Part shown: one piece after another, positions 39,318 to 50,800 of the stretch
Layout: each line of letters opens with the position of its first letter
Numbering within the stretch: the first letter of the stretch is position 1
Source: Thermodesulfobacteriota bacterium
Lineage (GTDB): Bacteria > Desulfobacterota_D > UBA1144 > Nemesobacterales > JAJCZQ01
Reading direction: 5' to 3'
Assembly: GCA_965203965.1 (NCBI GenBank)
Contig: CBDBDR010000017.1
Span: 480,001 to 544,000, forward strand
DNA: 64,000 bases
The notes under the pieces: model-generated
What the model was told of the DNA's origin: nothing
Database searches by the model: none
Seen by the model: the letters and a program-made list of their open reading frames with translations, nothing else
Position numbers and translations under genes: made by a program

Positions 39318-41234
39318 ATGGCAATTTCAAAAATAATTGGGATAGATTTAGGCACCACGAACTCATGTGTAGCTGTAGTTGAAGGAGGTGAGCCAAAGAT
39401 CATAATAAATGAAGAAGGACACAGAACTACTCCATCAATAGTTGCATTTGGTAAAGACAAAGAAGTTATAGTAGGTGGACCGGCAAAGAGGCAGGCTGTA
39501 ATTAATTCAACAAGCACAATATATTCAAACAAGAGATTGATGGGAATGAGATTTGAAGAGGTAGAAAAAGAAATTAAAACTCTACCCTACAACGTTGTAA
39601 AATCCTCAAATGGTGATGCTTGGATTGAGGTTGAAAATGAACAATATTCACCGCCACAGATCTCTTCTCATATTCTGGCAAAACTGAAGAAAGCTGCAGA
39701 AGATTACCTTGGAACAGAAGCAAAAGAGGCCGTGGTAACAGTGCCAGCGTATTTTAACGACAGTCAAAGACAAGCAACCAAAGATGCAGGGAAAATAGCA
39801 GGGTTAGAGATTAAAAGGATCATTAATGAACCTACTGCCGCGGCTCTTTCTTATGGGTTTGATAAGAAGAATGAAGGAATAATAGCCGTTTATGATCTAG
39901 GGGGAGGGACTTTTGATATTTCCATACTTGAAGTTGGTGATAACGTGATTGAAGTGAAATCCACTAACGGGGATACACATTTGGGTGGTGATGATTTCGA
40001 CAATAGGATCATTGAGTATATAACAAGTGAATTCAAAAAAGATTCAGGCATTGATTTGAGTAATGACAAGATGGCTATTCAAAGGCTTAGAGAAGCTGCA
40101 GAAAAAGCCAAAATAGAGCTTTCAACTACTCTGGAAACTGAGATAAACTTACCCTTTATAACGGCAGATGCCTCTGGTCCCAAGCATTTGGTTTTAAAGA
40201 TAACCTGTTCAAAATTTGAACAATTAACCAAAGATCTGGTCAAAGGAACTCTTGGTCCATGTAAGCAGGCTTTAAAAGACGCAGGTCTAAAAGCCTCAGA
40301 TATCTCCGAAGTGATATTAGTCGGGGGGTCTACGAGGATACCGCTTGTTCAGAACGTTGTTACAGAGTTTTTCGGAAAAGAACCACACAAGGGTATAAAT
40401 CCTGATGAAGTTGTGGCAATGGGTGCAGCAATTCAAGGAGCCGTTCTCGGTGGAGAAGTGAGGGATGTGTTACTTCTTGATGTGACTCCTTTATCATTGG
40501 GTATTGAAACTCTGGGTGGGGTAATGACGACCATTATTTCCAGAAATACAACAATCCCTACCAAGAAAAGCCAAGTGTTCACAACAGCAGAGGACAATCA
40601 GACGGCAGTTGATATTCATGTCCTTCAAGGTGAGCGACAGATGGCTTCGGACAACAGGACTCTGGCAAAGTTTATTCTTGATGGCATCCCATCGGCATCA
40701 CGAGGGATACCTCAGATTGAAGTAGCATTTGATATTGATGCTGATGGAATATTGCACGTTCACGCTAAGGATACGGCAACAGGTAAAGAACAGAAAGTGA
40801 AAGTTGAAGCATCAAGCGGATTATCTAAAGAAGAAGTAGATAAAATGGTAGAAGAGGCCGAATCGAGATCTAAGGATGATAAGAAGAGATATGAAGCAGT
40901 TGAAAAAAGGAACAAACTGGATGAAATGATCTATAGGACTGAGAAGAATTTTAAGGATATGGGAGACAAACTCTCTGACGAAGAAAAGAAAGAGCTTGAA
41001 GATGCTCTTGAAGATGGAAAGGCAAATCTTCAATCTGGTGATATAGATAAAATTGACAGATCAATAGAGAGAATCACTAAAGCATCGCATAAATTAGCTG
41101 AGATCATGTATAAGCAACAAGCAGAGCCTCAATCTGAAAATACTGCAGACCAACAACAGCAGGTAAATAAAGAAAATGTGGAAGAAGATAAAGGCGATGA
41201 TGTAATAGATGCTGAATTTACGGAAAACAAATAA
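39318..41234 (+). CDS. dnaK: Chaperone DnaK (canonical)
   Basis: [40 protein letters not shown] linker, VIDAEF tail. Confidence 0.98.
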   Translation: MAISKIIGIDLGTTNSCVAVVEGGEPKIIINEEGHRTTPSIVAFGKDKEVIVGGPAKRQAVINSTSTIYSNKRLMGMRFEEVEKEIKTLPYNVVKSSNGDAWIEVENEQYSPPQISSHILAKLKKAAEDYLGTEAKEAVVTVPAYFNDSQRQATKDAGKIAGLEIKRIINEPTAAALSYGFDKKNEGIIAVYDLGGGTFDISILEVGDNVIEVKSTNGDTHLGGDDFDNRIIEYITSEFKKDSGIDLSNDKMAIQRLREAAEKAKIELSTTLETEINLPFITADASGPKHLVLKITCSKFEQLTKDLVKGTLGPCKQALKDAGLKASDISEVILVGGSTRIPLVQNVVTEFFGKEPHKGINPDEVVAMGAAIQGAVLGGEVRDVLLLDVTPLSLGIETLGGVMTTIISRNTTIPTKKSQVFTTAEDNQTAVDIHVLQGERQMASDNRTLAKFILDGIPSASRGIPQIEVAFDIDADGILHVHAKDTATGKEQKVKVEASSGLSKEEVDKMVEEAESRSKDDKKRYEAVEKRNKLDEMIYRTEKNFKDMGDKLSDEEKKELEDALEDGKANLQSGDIDKIDRSIERITKASHKLAEIMYKQQAEPQSENTADQQQQVNKENVEEDKGDDVIDAEFTENK

Positions 41235-41396
41235 TATCCTTCCAAAAAGTTAAAAAAGTTCATGAATACCAATTTTCAAGGTTTTATTGCACCGTTCTAA
41301 TATTTGACAAAGATTGAAAACACTGCCTTAAATTGTTATCATGACAGCTTATTAATTATATTATGGCACATAATCGTAATGGTTTTAGGAGAAAAA

Positions 41397-41948
41397 ATGA
41401 CTACTGACAACAGCAAAGAAGAAAAAATACCAAACGAAAATAACGATGAACATGAAGCCTTGAATAACCGTTTTATGAGGCTTGCAGCAGACTTTGATAA
41501 CTATAAAAAACGTGTATTAAAGGAAAAAGAAGATATTTCCAAGTATGGTAATGAAAAACTTATAAAGGAATTGCTGACTGTATTGGATAATCTTCAGCTT
41601 GCAGTGGATTATTTTGACCCCAAGGGAGATGTAAATTCTCTGGTTGAAGGTGTGAAATTGGTGCAAAATCAATTGGAAACAACTCTTCAAAAGTTTGGAT
41701 TAATCCAAGTTAACGCACAAAAAGGAACTCAATTTGATCCAATGTTGCATCAGGCAGTTGAAAAAATTAAAAAAAACAAAACAAAACCAGATATGATCCT
41801 TAATGAACTGGTCAAAGGTTATATACTGAATGAAAGATTAATAAGGCCGGCAGCTGTAGTTGTATCAACCAGTGCTATTGGATCAGAAAGTAGTAATGTC
41901 AATAAAGGTAAAAGCAAAAAAGGTCGGAAAAAAACAGATCAAAAATAG
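41397..41948 (+). CDS. grpE: Nucleotide exchange factor GrpE
   Basis: RLAADFDNYKKR, LL.VLDNL, FDP.LHQA, KGY.L..RLIRPA.V; ATG at 41397 after AGGAG. Confidence 0.95.
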   Translation: MTTDNSKEEKIPNENNDEHEALNNRFMRLAADFDNYKKRVLKEKEDISKYGNEKLIKELLTVLDNLQLAVDYFDPKGDVNSLVEGVKLVQNQLETTLQKFGLIQVNAQKGTQFDPMLHQAVEKIKKNKTKPDMILNELVKGYILNERLIRPAAVVVSTSAIGSESSNVNKGKSKKGRKKTDQK

Positions 41949-41951
41949 CTT

Positions 41952-43826
41952 ATGGCAACTATTGGAATAGATTTAGGGACAACCAATTCATGTGTATCAA
42001 TTATGCAAGGGGGTGAGCCGTTTGTAATCCCCAATGAAGAAGGAAGTACAACAACTCCCTCCGTTGTTGCATTTACCAAAGATGGGGAGAAAATTGTTGG
42101 TGCAGCTGCCAAAAGGCAGTTGGTGGTAAACTTAACAAGTACCTTTTTTGCAGTAAAAAGAATTATAGGAAGAAAAATAGATTCAGATAGTATCAAAAAT
42201 TTTTTAGAATTTTCTTCATTCCCTATAGTTCCAGATAATAGAAACAATGCCTGCGTAAAAGTGAATGAAAGAGTCTACAGTATGCAGGAAATATCATCAT
42301 TTGTACTTACAAAGATTAAAAGTATAGCAGAGCAATATTTAGACCAAACCGTACAAGATGCAGTAATAACAGTACCCGCTCACTTTAACAATATACAAAG
42401 AAGTGCAACGCGAGACGCCGGAATTATATCAGGACTAAATGTCGTTAGAATCATCAATGAACCTACTGCAGCGGCTCTTGCTTATGGTTATGACAAAGAA
42501 AGCAAAGGAACATTAGCAGTTTATGATTTAGGTGGGAGCACTTTTGATATATCTATACTCAGAGTTGAAGATGGTGTCTTTAGAGTTCTATCCACAAATG
42601 GAGATAACTACCTTGGCGGTTATGACTTTGATCTGAAACTATTGGAATACGTAATCAAAGACTTTCAGGATGAGTACGGTATTGATCTTAAAGAGGACAA
42701 AGTAGCATTACAAAAAGTTAACCTTGAATGTGAAAAGGCAAAACATGAACTTTCTTCAGTTGATGAAACGGAAATAAGAGTGAATTTCATTGCAGTAGAT
42801 AAATCTGGTCCAAAACATCTTAATTTAAAGATAAACAGAACCAAACTTGAAGAGTTGACTGGAGATCTGGTTGAGAAAACAGCACCCCCTTGCATACAGG
42901 CGATACAGGATTCTGGACTAACAATTGAAGAGATTGATCATGTAGTTCTCGTAGGTGGTATGACGCGCATGCCTCTGATAAGAAAAAAAGTCGAAGAAAT
43001 ATTTGGCAAGTATTCTGACACTAACATGAATCCTGAAGAAGCAGTAGCGATCGGGGCAGCTATTCAGGGAAATATTCTTGAACTTAACACAAATAAAACT
43101 ATTTTACATGACATCACACCACTATCGCTTGGAGTTGAAACAAAGAATGGGATCTTTACAAAAATTATTAAAAAAAATACACCTATACCGATTGAAAAAA
43201 AGCTGACATTTACTACTACTAAGGATAATCAAAGCGTTGTAAACATCCACATCCTACAAGGTGAAAGAGAAATGGCAGATGACAATACTTCTCTTGCAAA
43301 ATTTAGTCTTTTAGATATTCCTCCTGAATTAAGAGGTGTTCCTGAGATTGAAGTCAACTTTAGTTTGGATAATAACTGTATTTTACAAGTTTCCGCTCGT
43401 GATCTTAAGACTGGCAACATGCAAGAGATGAACGTTGAAGATTCGACTAGTTTAAGTAGTAAAGAACTGGTAAAATTGATAAAAGAAAGTGAAGACAATA
43501 TGAAACTTGATAAGCAGAAGAAAAAAATAGCCTCATTAAGGAATAAGGCAGACAACTCAATTTACTCTATGAATAAATTATTGGAAAAATTAACACAGAG
43601 TCAGCGTGAAGTAGATATTAAACTTGAATCAGACATGCAAATAAAACTAAAAGATTTGGAAAAAACATTAGACGGAGAAGATCATAAATTAATTGATACC
43701 GCTTTATTATCTTTTAATGAAGCACTTCACAAATTTTCTGAGTCAATTTTTAAACCTCATAGAAAATCTGAACCTGAATTCAAGTCTAAATCCGTTGAAA
43801 AATCTGACCCAACAGAGCTACATTAA
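41952..43826 (+). CDS. Second, divergent Hsp70/DnaK paralog
   Basis: [47 protein letters not shown]. Confidence 0.93.
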   Translation: MATIGIDLGTTNSCVSIMQGGEPFVIPNEEGSTTTPSVVAFTKDGEKIVGAAAKRQLVVNLTSTFFAVKRIIGRKIDSDSIKNFLEFSSFPIVPDNRNNACVKVNERVYSMQEISSFVLTKIKSIAEQYLDQTVQDAVITVPAHFNNIQRSATRDAGIISGLNVVRIINEPTAAALAYGYDKESKGTLAVYDLGGSTFDISILRVEDGVFRVLSTNGDNYLGGYDFDLKLLEYVIKDFQDEYGIDLKEDKVALQKVNLECEKAKHELSSVDETEIRVNFIAVDKSGPKHLNLKINRTKLEELTGDLVEKTAPPCIQAIQDSGLTIEEIDHVVLVGGMTRMPLIRKKVEEIFGKYSDTNMNPEEAVAIGAAIQGNILELNTNKTILHDITPLSLGVETKNGIFTKIIKKNTPIPIEKKLTFTTTKDNQSVVNIHILQGEREMADDNTSLAKFSLLDIPPELRGVPEIEVNFSLDNNCILQVSARDLKTGNMQEMNVEDSTSLSSKELVKLIKESEDNMKLDKQKKKIASLRNKADNSIYSMNKLLEKLTQSQREVDIKLESDMQIKLKDLEKTLDGEDHKLIDTALLSFNEALHKFSESIFKPHRKSEPEFKSKSVEKSDPTELH

Positions 43827-43864
43827 TCTTAAAGGGCTTCAAATGAGAATACCCGGAGATTTTT

Positions 43865-44962
43865 ATGAACAGAGATTACTATGAAGTACTAGATATTAAA
43901 AAAGATGCGAGTGTTGATGAAATAAGAAAAAAATACAAAAAGCTCGCTTTTGAATACCACCCGGATAGAAACCCCAATGATGATTCCGCCTTGGAAAGAT
44001 TCAAAGAGATAAATGAAGCTTACCAGATATTGAGCAACGAAAATAAACGTGCCCAGTATGACAGTTTTGGACACATTTATAACGATAGCTCTTTTTCTGG
44101 ATCTGGAGATTTTGGTTCCAATATCAATGATCTATTCGGAAACTTGTTTGATGAAGTATTTAGCGGTGGTTTCGGTAGTTCTGTTAAGCAAAGAGGTAAT
44201 GATCTAAAATATGAGATCAAAATAGATTTTGAAGAAGCAGCATTTGGAATTGAAAAAGAAATTACAATTTCTAAAAATGTTACATGCAACCAATGTGAAG
44301 GCAATGGAGCAGCACCAGAGGGGGAGTCCAGATGTAACGAATGCAAGGGTAGGGGTTCAGTAGACTACGCAAATGGTTTTTTGTCTATTAGTCAAACCTG
44401 TAGGGAGTGCAGAGGCAGGGGATATATAATCACCAAATATTGCAATGAATGCAATGGAGCTGGATCCGTAAAAATCAAACATAAGGTAAAAGTTAAAATT
44501 CCCGCCGGTATTTCTAATGAGTCAAGGTTAAGGATCAGGAACGAGGGGGGAGCCGGAATTAACGGTGGACCAAACGGAGATCTTTATATCATTATATTTG
44601 TCGAGGATCACCCCATATTTAAAAGAGAAAATGGCGATCTATACTGCGAGGTTCCAATCAATTTTATCCAAGCAATACTGGGCGATAAGATCACAATTCC
44701 AACTCTGGGGGGTAAAGACACACTTAAAATACCATCTGGCACCAATCATGGTCAACTTTTTAGACTGAAAGGAAAAGGAATTGTCAATCTGCAAACAGGC
44801 AGGCTGGGTGATATGGCAGTAATAGTCAACATTGAAATACCTAAAAAAATAAACTCAAAACAGAAAAAACTCTTGCAAGAATTTGCAACAGAACTTAAAC
44901 CTGACCAACTGAAAAACATTGATGATTTTAACGAAACTATGGAAAAATATTTAAAGGATTAA
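43865..44962 (+). CDS. dnaJ: Chaperone DnaJ
   Basis: J-domain HPD, G/F-rich region, four CxxCxGxG repeats. Confidence 0.97.
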   Translation: MNRDYYEVLDIKKDASVDEIRKKYKKLAFEYHPDRNPNDDSALERFKEINEAYQILSNENKRAQYDSFGHIYNDSSFSGSGDFGSNINDLFGNLFDEVFSGGFGSSVKQRGNDLKYEIKIDFEEAAFGIEKEITISKNVTCNQCEGNGAAPEGESRCNECKGRGSVDYANGFLSISQTCRECRGRGYIITKYCNECNGAGSVKIKHKVKVKIPAGISNESRLRIRNEGGAGINGGPNGDLYIIIFVEDHPIFKRENGDLYCEVPINFIQAILGDKITIPTLGGKDTLKIPSGTNHGQLFRLKGKGIVNLQTGRLGDMAVIVNIEIPKKINSKQKKLLQEFATELKPDQLKNIDDFNETMEKYLKD

Positions 44963-44982
44963 GACTTAGACTCAAAAAGCAG

Positions 44983-45255
44983 TTATCCTCCAGCGATTGC
45001 AGGTATTATGGAAACGCTGTCATTTTCAGCTAACGCAGTGTCCTTCCCATTTAGAAATCTTATATCCTCACTGTTCACGTATAAATTTACAAACCTTCTA
45101 AGATTTCCTTCTTCATCGCATATTCTTTCTTTTATACCGGGACATTCCTCTTCGAGATTCTCTATTAATTCACTTACGTTTGAAGCGTTCACGTTTATCT
45201 CATCTCTATCTCCAGATAATTTTCTAAGTGGTGTAGGGATTTTTACCGATGGCAT
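44983..45255 (-). CDS. MoaD/ThiS/CysO-family ubiquitin-like sulfur carrier
   Basis: V.IPTPLR, RRFVN.YVN.EDIRFL, C-terminal PAIAGG. Confidence 0.92.
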   Translation of the reverse strand: MPSVKIPTPLRKLSGDRDEINVNASNVSELIENLEEECPGIKERICDEEGNLRRFVNLYVNSEDIRFLNGKDTALAENDSVSIIPAIAGG

Positions 45256-45261
45256 ATAGTT

Positions 45262-46503
45262 TTACCTCCTATTCTGTGAGTTATTATACAATTCTTCAAA
45301 TATTTCAATTCTGGGTTCTATAATCTTTGGCTTAACAACGCTATCCACAATGGCATCTTGAGTTTTCAAGCCGTTACCTGTTATAGAAATAACGGTCAAT
45401 TCGTCAACGGGTAATTTACCTTCTTCTATGAGCTTTTTAGTAACCGCAACGGTAACTCCACCTGCTGTTTCGGTGTATATACCCTCTGTTTCTGCAAGCA
45501 ATTTTATCCCTTCTATCACTTCCTCGTCAGATACGTCTTCAGCCCAGCCACCGCTCTCTCTGATGACCGACATTGCATAAATACCGTCCGCAGGAGTGCC
45601 AATAGCAAGCGATTTAGCAATTGTATCAGCCTTTACTGGCTTAAATACGTCCCAGTTATTTTTCAAAGCAGTTGAAATTGGTGAACATCCCGTAGCTTGA
45701 GCTCCATACATTTTTGTCTTGCTGGGTTCTATAATTCCTAGTAATTCAAATTCTTTTATTGCTTTCCAAATTTTTGTAAGAAGCGAGCCACTTGCCATTG
45801 GCACTACAATGTTATCGGGAGCTTTCCAGTCAAGTTGCTCCATTATTTCAAAGGCATGAGACTTTGAACCCTCCGAATAGTAGGGCCTGATGTTTATGTT
45901 TATGAACGCCCATTCATACTTCCCAGCAATTTCACTACAAAGCCTGTTAACATCATCGTAATCACCTTTTATACCTATAAGGTTGGTTCCATAAACAATG
46001 CTGTTAATGATCTTTGATTGCTCAAGATCATGGGGAATGAAAATAAAACTTCTTAAATTGCCGGACGCTGCAAGTGAAGAGACAGAATTGGCGAGATTGC
46101 CGGTAGAAGCACAGGATACAGTATCAAAACCAAACTCTTTGGATTTGGATAAAGCAACTGATACCACTCTGTCTTTAAAGGACAAGGTCGGAAAACACAC
46201 TGAATCATTTTTCACATAAAGATTTGAATGCCCTAATTTCTTTGCCAGGTTATCAGCCTTTATCAAGGGTGTATAACCGACTTGATCTCCTATAGTAGGC
46301 TCGTTGTCAATGGGTAAAAGTTCGGCATATCTCCAGATATTTTTTTGCCGGGATGTGATAGTATCTTTTGTTAAACACTTCCTGATCTTTTCATAATCGT
46401 ATGAGACTTCCAGAGGGCCAAAACAGGCTTCACAAACATATATGGGTTTTGTGGAGTATTCCTCGCCGCACTCCTTGCACTTTAAGCCTTTAACAAAACT
46501 CAT
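45262..46503 (-). CDS. thrC: Threonine synthase-family PLP enzyme with N-terminal zinc ribbon
   Basis: CKECG...CEAC, PTLSFKDR (PLP Lys), ASTGN, EGSK, P.ASG, ITGNGLK. Confidence 0.82.
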   Translation of the reverse strand: MSFVKGLKCKECGEEYSTKPIYVCEACFGPLEVSYDYEKIRKCLTKDTITSRQKNIWRYAELLPIDNEPTIGDQVGYTPLIKADNLAKKLGHSNLYVKNDSVCFPTLSFKDRVVSVALSKSKEFGFDTVSCASTGNLANSVSSLAASGNLRSFIFIPHDLEQSKIINSIVYGTNLIGIKGDYDDVNRLCSEIAGKYEWAFININIRPYYSEGSKSHAFEIMEQLDWKAPDNIVVPMASGSLLTKIWKAIKEFELLGIIEPSKTKMYGAQATGCSPISTALKNNWDVFKPVKADTIAKSLAIGTPADGIYAMSVIRESGGWAEDVSDEEVIEGIKLLAETEGIYTETAGGVTVAVTKKLIEEGKLPVDELTVISITGNGLKTQDAIVDSVVKPKIIEPRIEIFEELYNNSQNRR

Positions 46504-46538
46504 TTTTACACTGTTTTTAAGGATAAAATTGGAGAGAA

Positions 46539-46567
46539 AAAATACCTCTTATTGTCAATATTGTCAA
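46539..46567 (-). promoter_or_regulatory. Putative sigma70 promoter for thrC-moaD with a tandem ATTGTCAA repeat
   Basis: Minus strand TTGACA (46567-62), 17 nt spacer, TATTTT (46544-39); a second TTGACA at 46558-53. Confidence 0.45.
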
Positions 46568-46569
46568 AG

Positions 46570-46974
46570 TTACTTTCTTAAATCACCTGCAGGTTTTATA
46601 CCGTCTTTGTCCAATATTACCTTAACCACTTCCTCGGATATAATAACGTTTCTGTTTTTACTGTATTTTCCACCAACAACTACGGTATCGTTTTCCTTAA
46701 ATTCAAGCACTCCCAAAAATTCTACGTTTATGCTATTTCCATACTCGTCTGTTATAAGCAAAATTCTTCTATCATCTTCAAAACTCTTAATTTCTTTAAC
46801 AAATCCCAGCACTACCACTTGTGCTCTATCAAAAGCAAGAGGAGATAACTGAATTTTTACAATTGACGTCTTAATTCCTTTTATATTAAAGACAGGTTCC
46901 AGTTGTTCTTTTTTTGAACATCCTACAATAATTAACACACTGGAAAATATCAGCAATTTTGTTACATTAAACAT
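46570..46974 (-). CDS. Hypothetical lipoprotein, probable OB fold
   Basis: MFNVTKLLIFSSVLIIVGC lipobox; V.V.G.V...L.I.D...I.V...V.V.G.Y pattern. Confidence 0.6.
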   Translation of the reverse strand: MFNVTKLLIFSSVLIIVGCSKKEQLEPVFNIKGIKTSIVKIQLSPLAFDRAQVVVLGFVKEIKSFEDDRRILLITDEYGNSINVEFLGVLEFKENDTVVVGGKYSKNRNVIISEEVVKVILDKDGIKPAGDLRK

Positions 46975-47021
46975 TTTATCAACACCTATGATTCCCCTAA
47001 TTATATCCAAAGGAGACAGAT

Positions 47022-47813
47022 ATGTATATTTCAGAAAATGATAACTTCAACATATACAGGTTCAAAGTGAAAAGTAGCGACAGTAATTTTAATTACATAG
47101 TAAGATGCAACCAAACAGGTGAGTGTGCTGTAATAGATCCAATTGATCCAGTTGTTCTGCTTGAATTTATAAGAAAAAACGATATGAGGGTATCTTACGT
47201 GATAAATACACATGGACATCCTGACCATATTGAAGGGAATAATCCTATTATTAAGGTTTTCTTGCAATCCAAAATTTTAATACACGATTCGGGCATGGAT
47301 CTTGTTGCACCAAGGGCAGAAGCAGTAAGAGAAGGAGATATGATCACGTTTGGAAAAATTAATATGAAGGTTATACATACCCCGGGACACTGTGCTGAAC
47401 ACATTTCTTTGATTATTGGCAACAACATATTTGTTGGTGATACGATCTTTGTCTCCGGATGTGGAAATACAAGATTTGGGGGTAACGTTGATGATCTTTA
47501 TGATACTTTTTCAGATAAACTCATTAAATTAGACGATAACTATAACATATTTTGCGGCCATGATTATGCTAAAAATAATTTAGAATTTACTTTAAGCATT
47601 GATCAAAATAACCCTCATATAAAAAATAAATTAAAAGAAATTAACAATCAAAATGAGATTTTATCAACGATCGGAGAAGAAAAGACATATAATCCTTTTA
47701 TGCGAGTGCAGGACGAAGGACTGATTGACAACCTGCTGAAAAAGTATCCTGACACAAAGACGGACGGAAGATCCGTATTCACCAAATTAAGAGAGCTCAG
47801 AAATAACTGGTAG
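47022..47813 (+). CDS. gloB: Hydroxyacylglutathione hydrolase-like metallo-beta-lactamase
   Basis: THGHPDH, HTPGH, F.GDT.F..GCG, CGHDY..NNL.F, ST.GEEK..NPFMR. Confidence 0.82.
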   Translation: MYISENDNFNIYRFKVKSSDSNFNYIVRCNQTGECAVIDPIDPVVLLEFIRKNDMRVSYVINTHGHPDHIEGNNPIIKVFLQSKILIHDSGMDLVAPRAEAVREGDMITFGKINMKVIHTPGHCAEHISLIIGNNIFVGDTIFVSGCGNTRFGGNVDDLYDTFSDKLIKLDDNYNIFCGHDYAKNNLEFTLSIDQNNPHIKNKLKEINNQNEILSTIGEEKTYNPFMRVQDEGLIDNLLKKYPDTKTDGRSVFTKLRELRNNW

Positions 47814-47845
47814 AATCTGACCTTAATTATTACACTACCAAAATA

Positions 47846-50800
47846 ATGTTTGAAGCAATAGCTAAAACGGAAGTCTATAACTTCCTAAATGATTTACTCC
47901 AAAGAAGAATATTGTTCCTTGATGGTGCTATGGGAACGATGATACAGAAATACCAACTTGAAGAAGCTGATTTTAGAAAAGATCTGTTCAAAGAACACGG
48001 TATTGATCTCAAAGGTAATAACGATCTTCTCTCTTTGACAAGACCCGACGTCATATTTGATATACACACCCAGTATTTTGAGGCAGGTGCCGATATAGTT
48101 GAAACCAATACTTTCAGTGCCACAAGGATCGCTCAGGCTGACTATGGACTTGAGCATATTGTAAAGGATCTAAACGTTGAATCGGCAAAACTCGCAAAAA
48201 AAGCCGCAAAAAAGGTGATGGAGAAAAATCCCGAGCGCGTCTGCTTTGTTGCGGGTGCTATAGGGCCGACGAACAGAACCGCCTCAATGTCACCTGACGT
48301 GAACGATCCCGCATACAGAGCCGTGACTTTTCAGGAGCTATCAGCAGCATATCGTGAACAGGTAGAGGCACTTGTGGAGGGAGGAGTTGATATACTCCTT
48401 CCTGAAACAACGTTTGATACACTTAACTTAAAAGCAGCCATATACGCCATAGAGGAGTTTTTTGAAAGCTATGGAAAAAGGTTGCCCGTTATGCTGTCCG
48501 TAACAATAACTGATCAATCGGGCAGAACGTTGTCCGGACAAACTATAAGTGCATTTTGGAATTCCGTTAAGCATGCCAAACCTTTAAGTGTCGGGATAAA
48601 CTGTGCACTCGGGGCAGAAGATATGAGACCCTACATCGAGGAGCTTTCCAATATTGCCGACTGCTACATAAGTTGTTATCCAAACGCTGGGCTACCCAAT
48701 CCACTCAGCGAAACCGGCTACGATCAAACACCAGAAATCACTGCTGGGTTGTTAAAAGATTTTGGAAAGAGTGGTTTCTTAAATGTAGTCGGCGGTTGCT
48801 GTGGAACCACACCCGAGCATATCGGGTGCATCGTGGAAAACATAAAAAACCTCAAACCTAGGCAAATTCCCAAAGTTGAACCTGCCACCCGTATCAGTGG
48901 GCTTGAGACTTTAACAATTAAACCCGGGAAAGATTCCCCTTTCATTATGATCGGCGAGAGAACAAACGTCACCGGCTCAATGAAGTTTGCAAAATTAATA
49001 AAAGAGGACGATTTTGAATCAGCTATTAGCGTTGCACTACAGCAGGTGGAAAACGGTGCAAATATAATTGACGTCAACTTTGATGAGGGTCTCCTTGATG
49101 GGGAAAAGTACATGGAAAAATTCCTGAACCTGGTTGCCTCTGAACCCGATATTGCAAAGGTGCCAATAATGATTGATAGTTCAAAATTTTCAGTAATTGA
49201 AGCCGGGCTCAAATGTGTGCAGGGAAAGTGCATTGTGAATTCAATAAGCCTCAAGGAAGGGGAAGAAGAGTTCATCAAACAGGCAAAAACCGTAATGAAA
49301 TACGGTGCGGCAGTCGTGGTCATGGCATTTGATCAAGATGGACAAGCTGCGGAGACCGAGGACAAGATAAGAATTTGTAAAAGGGCTTATAAAATTCTCA
49401 CTGAAAAAGTCGGGATGGATTCCACTGATATTATATTTGACCCCAACATCCTCACCGTAGCAACTGGGATAGAAGAACACGATAATTATGCGGTCAATTT
49501 TATAAATGCGGTCAGTAAGATAAAAAACAGTTGTCCGGGTTCACTCACAAGCGGTGGTGTCAGCAATATATCTTTTTCACTGCGTGGCAACAACATAGTA
49601 AGGGAGGCAATGCACAGTGCATTTTTATATCATGCAATAGAGGCAGGATTGGACATGGGCATTGTAAACGCAGGAATGCTTGCAGTTTATGATGACGTGC
49701 AGAAAGAGCTTTTGGAAAAGGTTGAGAACGTTTTGTTGAACAAAAAACCCGGTGCCACTCAAGACCTCATTGATCATGCACAGCAGTTCATGGGAGTTAA
49801 AGGCTCAAATAAGAAAAAAGACGATAAAAAGTGGAGAAAAAAGACCGTAGAAGAAAGGCTTAAATATTCTTTGGTTAATGGCATTTCTGACTTTGTTGAA
49901 AAAGATACAGAAGAAACGAGAGTGAAGTATGATCAACCTTTGAACGTAATTGAAGGCCCCCTGATGGATGGTATGAAGACGGTAGGCAAACTTTTTGGTG
50001 AGGGCAAGATGTTCCTTCCCCAAGTGGTCAAAAGTGCTAGAGTGATGAAAAAAGCGGTCGCCTATCTTGAGCCGTTCATGAAAGACCATAAAGTCAACTC
50101 TCAAAACACAAGAGGTAAATTCGTGATAGCTACCGTCAAGGGTGACGTTCACGACATTGGAAAAAACATTGTCTCCGTTGTATTAAGTTGCAATAACTAC
50201 GAGGTTATAGATCTGGGAGTTATGGTTTCATGCGACCGAATATTGAACACGGCAAAGGATAAAGGGGCAAATATCATAGGGCTTAGTGGTCTAATAACTC
50301 CTTCTTTGGATGAAATGGTCTATAATGCGGCTGAAATGGAGAGGCAAAAATTCAATGTACCACTACTAATAGGGGGCGCTACAACCAGCAGTGCCCATAC
50401 TGCCATAAAAATAGCACCCAATTATAAAGGGATCGTTGAACACGTTAGAGATGCCTCGCTTGTGGTAGGGATCTGCAATGACCTCTTAAATCCTGAAAAA
50501 GCAGACTCATATAAGTTAAAACTAAAAAAAGGTCAGGATAAGCTAAGAAAACTTCACGCCGAAAGTTCTGTGGAAAAAAGTTATCTCACAATATCCGAAG
50601 CCAGAGAGAAAAAAGGGTTTACGACGGATTGGAAAAAAGCTGAAGTTATTAAGCCTGAAAAACTTGGGATACAGGTTTTTAAGGACATATCCATAAATGA
50701 AGTAACCAAATATATTGATTGGTCGCCATTTTTCTGGGTCTGGGAGCTTAAAGGAGTATTTCCCAAAATATTTGAAAATAAGAACTATGGAAAGCAGGCA

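Noticed and set aside
38381..41400. CIRCE element or sigma32 promoter upstream of rpoH, dnaK or grpE
   Set aside because: No TTAGCACTC-N9-GAGTGCTAA and no convincing CTTGAA...CCCCAT pair found by eye
47814..47845. Cobalamin or SAM riboswitch upstream of metH
   Set aside because: The gap is only 32 nt and shows no riboswitch motifs
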